Positions 29,117 to 32,000 of a DNA stretch of 32,000 nt are shown in pieces; the stretch's first letter is position 1; every line of letters begins with the position of its first letter. This DNA is from Thermoproteus tenax Kra 1 (GTDB taxonomy: Archaea; Thermoproteota; Thermoprotei; Thermoproteales; Thermoproteaceae), in NCBI RefSeq assembly GCF_000253055.1, contig NC_016070.1:90001-122000 (forward strand), in the 5' to 3' direction. The notes under the pieces were generated by a model, which was given only the letters and a program-made list of their open reading frames with translations, searched no databases and was not told where the DNA came from. The position numbers and the translations under genes were made by a program.

Positions 29117-30534
29117 CTAAGGGGCGGAGGGCGCTTGGAGGGAGCCCAGCTGTTTCAACACTATGTTGGTCAACGTGGATTTAACGCCTCTGACCGACCT
29201 TATATCCTCTATTATTCTGTTCAATTCCTCAGCGTTGGAGGCCACCACTCTTGCGACGATATCGAAATCCCCAGTGACCTCTCCCACGTTGACGACGCCG
29301 CTAATCGTGGACACTCTGCGGGCCACCGAGGTGGTGTATACGTTTTCGTCCACTTTTATCCAGATGAACGCCTCAATATGTTTGTTTACATACGCCTTAT
29401 ATCTCACGCCCGTGACCTTCTCCAAGATCTCCAAGAGGTCCTCGTCTCTAAGCCTCCTCGCGTTCGTGGATTTGAGCTCCTCCACGACTTTGGCCAGAGT
29501 CTCCTCGTCTACCTTCACGCCGAGTCTCTCAAGCCGGTGGGCCACGGCGCGCCTTCCGCTATATTTGTCTAGGGAGAAGTCCCTCGACCTCCCCACGACC
29601 TCGGGCGGAAACGGCTCGTAGGTCTCTGGATTCGCCAGTACACCTGCTTGGTGGACGCCGGCCTTGTGAGTGAACACATTGTCGCCAGTTATGGGGAAGG
29701 TGGGCATCTGGGCGATCCCGCTGGCCGCCTCCACCAGCGAGGCCAAGTAGGGGAGCTTCGCCATATCGATGAGCTTGACGCCCTTGTGGTAGTAGTAGGC
29801 CGCGACGAAGACTTGGAGAGGGGTGATACCTGCTCTCTCCCCGAGGCCGTTCACTGTCGTGTGAACTACGTCGGCTCCGCCCTCGGTCGCAGCCATTGAG
29901 TTGGCCACGGCCATCCCTAAGTCGTTGTGGGCGTGTATATCTAGTCCGACCCCAGGCACGGCCTCCTTCAGCTTCGAGAAGAGTTGGCGCGCTCTATCGG
30001 GAGTGAGTATCCCCACTGTGTCGGCAATGCTCACTCTGTCCGCGCCTGCGTCTCGCGCAGTTTTTACCACTTGTATAAGGTAGTCGAGGTCTGCCCTAGT
30101 GGCGTCTTCGGCTGTGAACCTCACCTTCACGCCGGCGCCTCTCGCGAACTCCACGTGTTCGGCGATTATGGCCAAAGCCTCCTCTCTGGTCTTCCTGTGT
30201 TTGTGCTTCAGATGTATATCGCTGACGCCGTAGAAGATGGCGACTCTGTCGGGCTCAAGCGACGTCGCGTTCTCTATATCTGATTTGACGGATCTGCTGT
30301 GGACGACTATCTCGCTCTTGATTTCGCCGTCTCGCTTCAGAGCTATTATCTTCGAGATAGCCGATCTGACGTCGGGCGCCACGTTTGGGTCGCCCACCTC
30401 TATTAAGTGGACGCCTACATCCGACAGAGACTTCGCTATCTTGATCCTCCATTCCTCAGAGAATATAACGCCCGGAGTCTGCTCGCCCTCTCTCAGCGTC
30501 GAGTCGAGAATTTTTATGCTTTCCCCGAACTCAT
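29117..30534 (-). CDS. Homocitrate synthase (LeuA-like superfamily) with C-terminal RAM domain; N-terminus requires a -1 frameshift
   Basis: SIKILDSTLREGEQTPGVIFSEEWR...VAIFYGVSDIHLKHKHRKTREEAL...VRFTAEDATRADLDYLI...FTHKAGVHQAGVLANPETYEPFPPEVVG; C-terminal AFIWIKVDENVYTTSVARRVSTISGVVNVGEVTGDFDIVARVV. Confidence 0.8.
30514..30534 (-). promoter_or_regulatory. Out-of-frame leader ORF MSSG[K]A* with TCG-GGG-AAA slip/hungry-codon site
   Basis: Minus strand ATG AGT TCG GGG AAA GCA TAA; -1 shift gives MSSG|ESIKILDSTLREG. Confidence 0.6.
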
Positions 30535-30553
30535 GGCGGCTGAACCGACCCAC

Positions 30554-30561
30554 TATATAAA
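30554..30561 (-). promoter_or_regulatory. TATA box (TTTATATA) for homocitrate synthase
   Basis: 19 nt precede ATG 30534. The in-frame GTG 30553 abuts the box and would lie upstream of the transcription start. Confidence 0.6.
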
Positions 30562-30596
30562 CCTAACTCGCGGAGGAGAGTCTATATAGAAAATAG

Positions 30597-31085
30597 CTAC
30601 TTCGAGCCCCTTATCTTCAGATATTCAGTCAAGCCGCCGGCCTTGAGGATCTCGAGCGCAAGCCCCGACAGCGGCTTGCCCTTTATCACCTCGCCGGTGG
30701 ACAAGTTCACCACCTCGCCTGTCTCAACACGGACGACGACCTCATCGCCGTCTCTGACCCTCCCCCTCGCCGGGGCCTGCAACACTGGCAGTCCCACGTT
30801 GATGGCGTTCCGGAAGAAGATTCTGGCGAACGACTCGGCCACTACGGCCAATACACCGGCCCCCTTCAGTGCCGTGGCCGCTTGCTCGCGGCTGCTCCCC
30901 ATCCCGAAGGCTCTGCCGGCCACTATCACGGCCCCCTTAGCCTTCTTCGGGAACTCGGGATCTAGAGGCTCCATGGCGTGTTGGCCCAGGACGGCCGGGT
31001 CAGTATATACTAGATATCTGGCAGGTATAATTACGTCGGTATCTATCTTGTCGCCGTAGACCAAGGCCCTCCCCCTTATTTCCAT
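30597..31085 (-). CDS. 3-isopropylmalate dehydratase / homoaconitase small subunit
   Basis: [25 protein letters not shown]...[25 protein letters not shown]. Confidence 0.93.
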   Translation of the reverse strand: MEIRGRALVYGDKIDTDVIIPARYLVYTDPAVLGQHAMEPLDPEFPKKAKGAVIVAGRAFGMGSSREQAATALKGAGVLAVVAESFARIFFRNAINVGLPVLQAPARGRVRDGDEVVVRVETGEVVNLSTGEVIKGKPLSGLALEILKAGGLTEYLKIRGSK

Positions 31086-31157
31086 AGCCGCTGAGCCTAT
31101 ATAGCTTTTAAAAGTTCCGTCCTTCAGGGAGAAGGCCTATATATAGAGAGGCAAATC

Positions 31158-31165
31158 TTTAAATA
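31158..31165 (+). promoter_or_regulatory. TATA box (TTTAAATA) for ilvB
   Basis: 19 nt precede ATG 31185. Confidence 0.55.
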
Positions 31166-31184
31166 TAGGTTAAATAGTGCCCCT

Positions 31185-31247
31185 ATGGATTCGGGGGTTA
31201 CATCGGGGCTCGAGGGGATCGCCCCAATAGGGTGGTCGACAGAGTAA
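31185..31247 (+). promoter_or_regulatory. Out-of-frame leader ORF MDSG[V]TSG[L]EG[I]APIGWSTE* with three G-GGG slip sites followed by Val, Leu and Ile codons
   Basis: ATG GAT TCG GGG GTT ACA TCG GGG CTC GAG GGG ATC GCC CCA ATA GGG TGG TCG ACA GAG TAA. Confidence 0.65.
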
Positions 31248-32000
31248 TCGACACACTAAGGGAGCTGAAAGTAAGACATATCCTGGGGATCACAGGCGGT
31301 TCAATAATGGCGTTGTTCGACGCAGCGTATTTCGTAGACGACATAGACGTAATAATGTTCAGACACGAGCAGGGCGCTGCACATGCAGCCGAGGGCTACG
31401 CCAGAGTTGCCAAGAGGCCCGCCGTGGTTGCTGCAACCAGCGGCCCCGGCGCCACCAACTTGGTGACTGGGCTGACGGACGCCTACATGGACTCAGTCCC
31501 CGTAGTGGCCATAACTGGGCAAGTGGCCACGTGGGTCTTCGGAAGAGACGGATTCCAAGAGACGGACATACTGGGCGTGGCCACGCCTATAACTAAATGG
31601 GTCTATCAAGTGAGGAGGCCGGAGGAGGCATCGCCAGCAGTCAGGATCGCCTACGAGATATCGGCATTGGGGAGACCGGGCCCGACTTTAGTGGATCTGC
31701 CCAGAGATATACAGATACAGACTCCGCGAGGGGAGGCCGCTATTCCGATAAATGTGACCAAGTTTATACCTCCAAGGCCTCGCCACGAGGATATAGCGAG
31801 GGCGGCGAAGATAATAATTGAGGCCCAGAGACCCGTAGTCCTCGCGGGCGGCGGAGTCCTCTGGTCGGGCGCCACGAGAGAGGTGATAGAGCTCGCCGAG
31901 AGGATAGGAGCGCCTATAGTTTCAACTCTTCCTGGGAAGGCCGCAATACCTCACAACCACCCGTTGTATCTAGGGCCCGCCGGAATGCACGGAAGGGCCG
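31185..32000 (+). CDS. ilvB: Acetolactate synthase large subunit (3' truncated by window; not in ORF track); start by -1 frameshift, or GTG 31232 as alternative
   Basis: Frame reads VVDRVIDTLRELKVRHILGITGGSIMALFDAAYFVDDIDVIMFRHEQGAAHAAEGYARVAKRPAVVAATSGPGATNLVTGLTDAYMDSVPVVAITGQV (TPP enzyme). Confidence 0.88.

Noticed and set aside
30535-30553. GTG 30553 as translation start of homocitrate synthase (as in ORF track)
   Set aside because: It directly abuts the TATA box TTTATATA (30561-30554), so it would lie upstream of the expected transcription start.
27292-31085. Equivalent leader in the IPMDH/homoisocitrate dehydrogenase, LeuD-like and lysK genes
   Set aside because: Their starts (ATG 28284, 31085, 22305) are in frame with normal promoter or SD spacing; no G-GGG leader is present. 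They serve as negative controls.
31232-31234. GTG 31232 as the sole start of ilvB
   Set aside because: It cannot be excluded and is kept as an alternative. However, it lies 47 nt after a leaderless-spaced ATG whose frame encodes the V/L/I slip-site series, and no clear Shine-Dalgarno sits at the right distance.
22398-31247. Explaining all four frame breaks as single-G homopolymer sequencing errors
   Set aside because: One added G in each G-run would restore each ORF, so raw reads must be checked. But errors do not predict restriction to amino-acid genes or pathway-matched codons after eight G-GGG sites, and the other starts I checked in the window look normal.
1-32000. CRISPR arrays, tRNA/rRNA genes, intact transposases, defence islands
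   Set aside because: I saw no repeated spacer array, cloverleaf-like intergenic sequence or intact mobile gene by eye.

Overview
This is a GC-rich, gene-dense crenarchaeal (Thermoproteales-like) chromosomal window. Recognisable genes include diphthine synthase, aIF5B, S6e, ClC, heme farnesyltransferase, FAU-1, SurE, CstA, two ArsA/GET3-like ATPases, a radical SAM/SPASM protein, a LysW-dependent lysine/arginine cluster, ArgG, homocitrate synthase and the 5' part of acetolactate synthase. The strongest unusual signal is shared by four amino-acid biosynthesis genes: the LysX-like first gene of the lysYZW cluster, argG, homocitrate synthase and ilvB. In each, the only ATG at leaderless spacing from a TATA box (17-19 nt after it) is NOT in frame with the enzyme. 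It opens a tiny frame-0 ORF beginning M-x(x)-(S/A)-G. The codon(s) following each G-GGG slippery site encode the end products of that pathway: Lys/Pro/Arg for lys(arg)XYZW, Arg for argG, Lys for homocitrate synthase, and Val/Leu/Ile for acetolactate synthase. A -1 slip of tRNA-Gly on G|GGG at any of these sites enters the enzyme frame. This looks like a minimal 'hungry-codon' -1 frameshift switch: when the cognate aminoacyl-tRNA is scarce the ribosome shifts and makes the enzyme, and when it is plentiful the ribosome terminates after a 6-22 aa peptide. I know of no description of such a system, but I could not search for one, and sequencing error or non-canonical initiation must be excluded. 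Secondary observations: an operon of CstA plus paired ArsA-like ATPases, one with eroded switch motifs, with two paralogous small proteins; a degenerate ATP-grasp (LysX-like) protein; an IS605/tnpB 3' relic; and small unlisted zinc-ribbon and RAM-domain genes. All calls come from reading the sequence and from memory of protein families. No database search was run.
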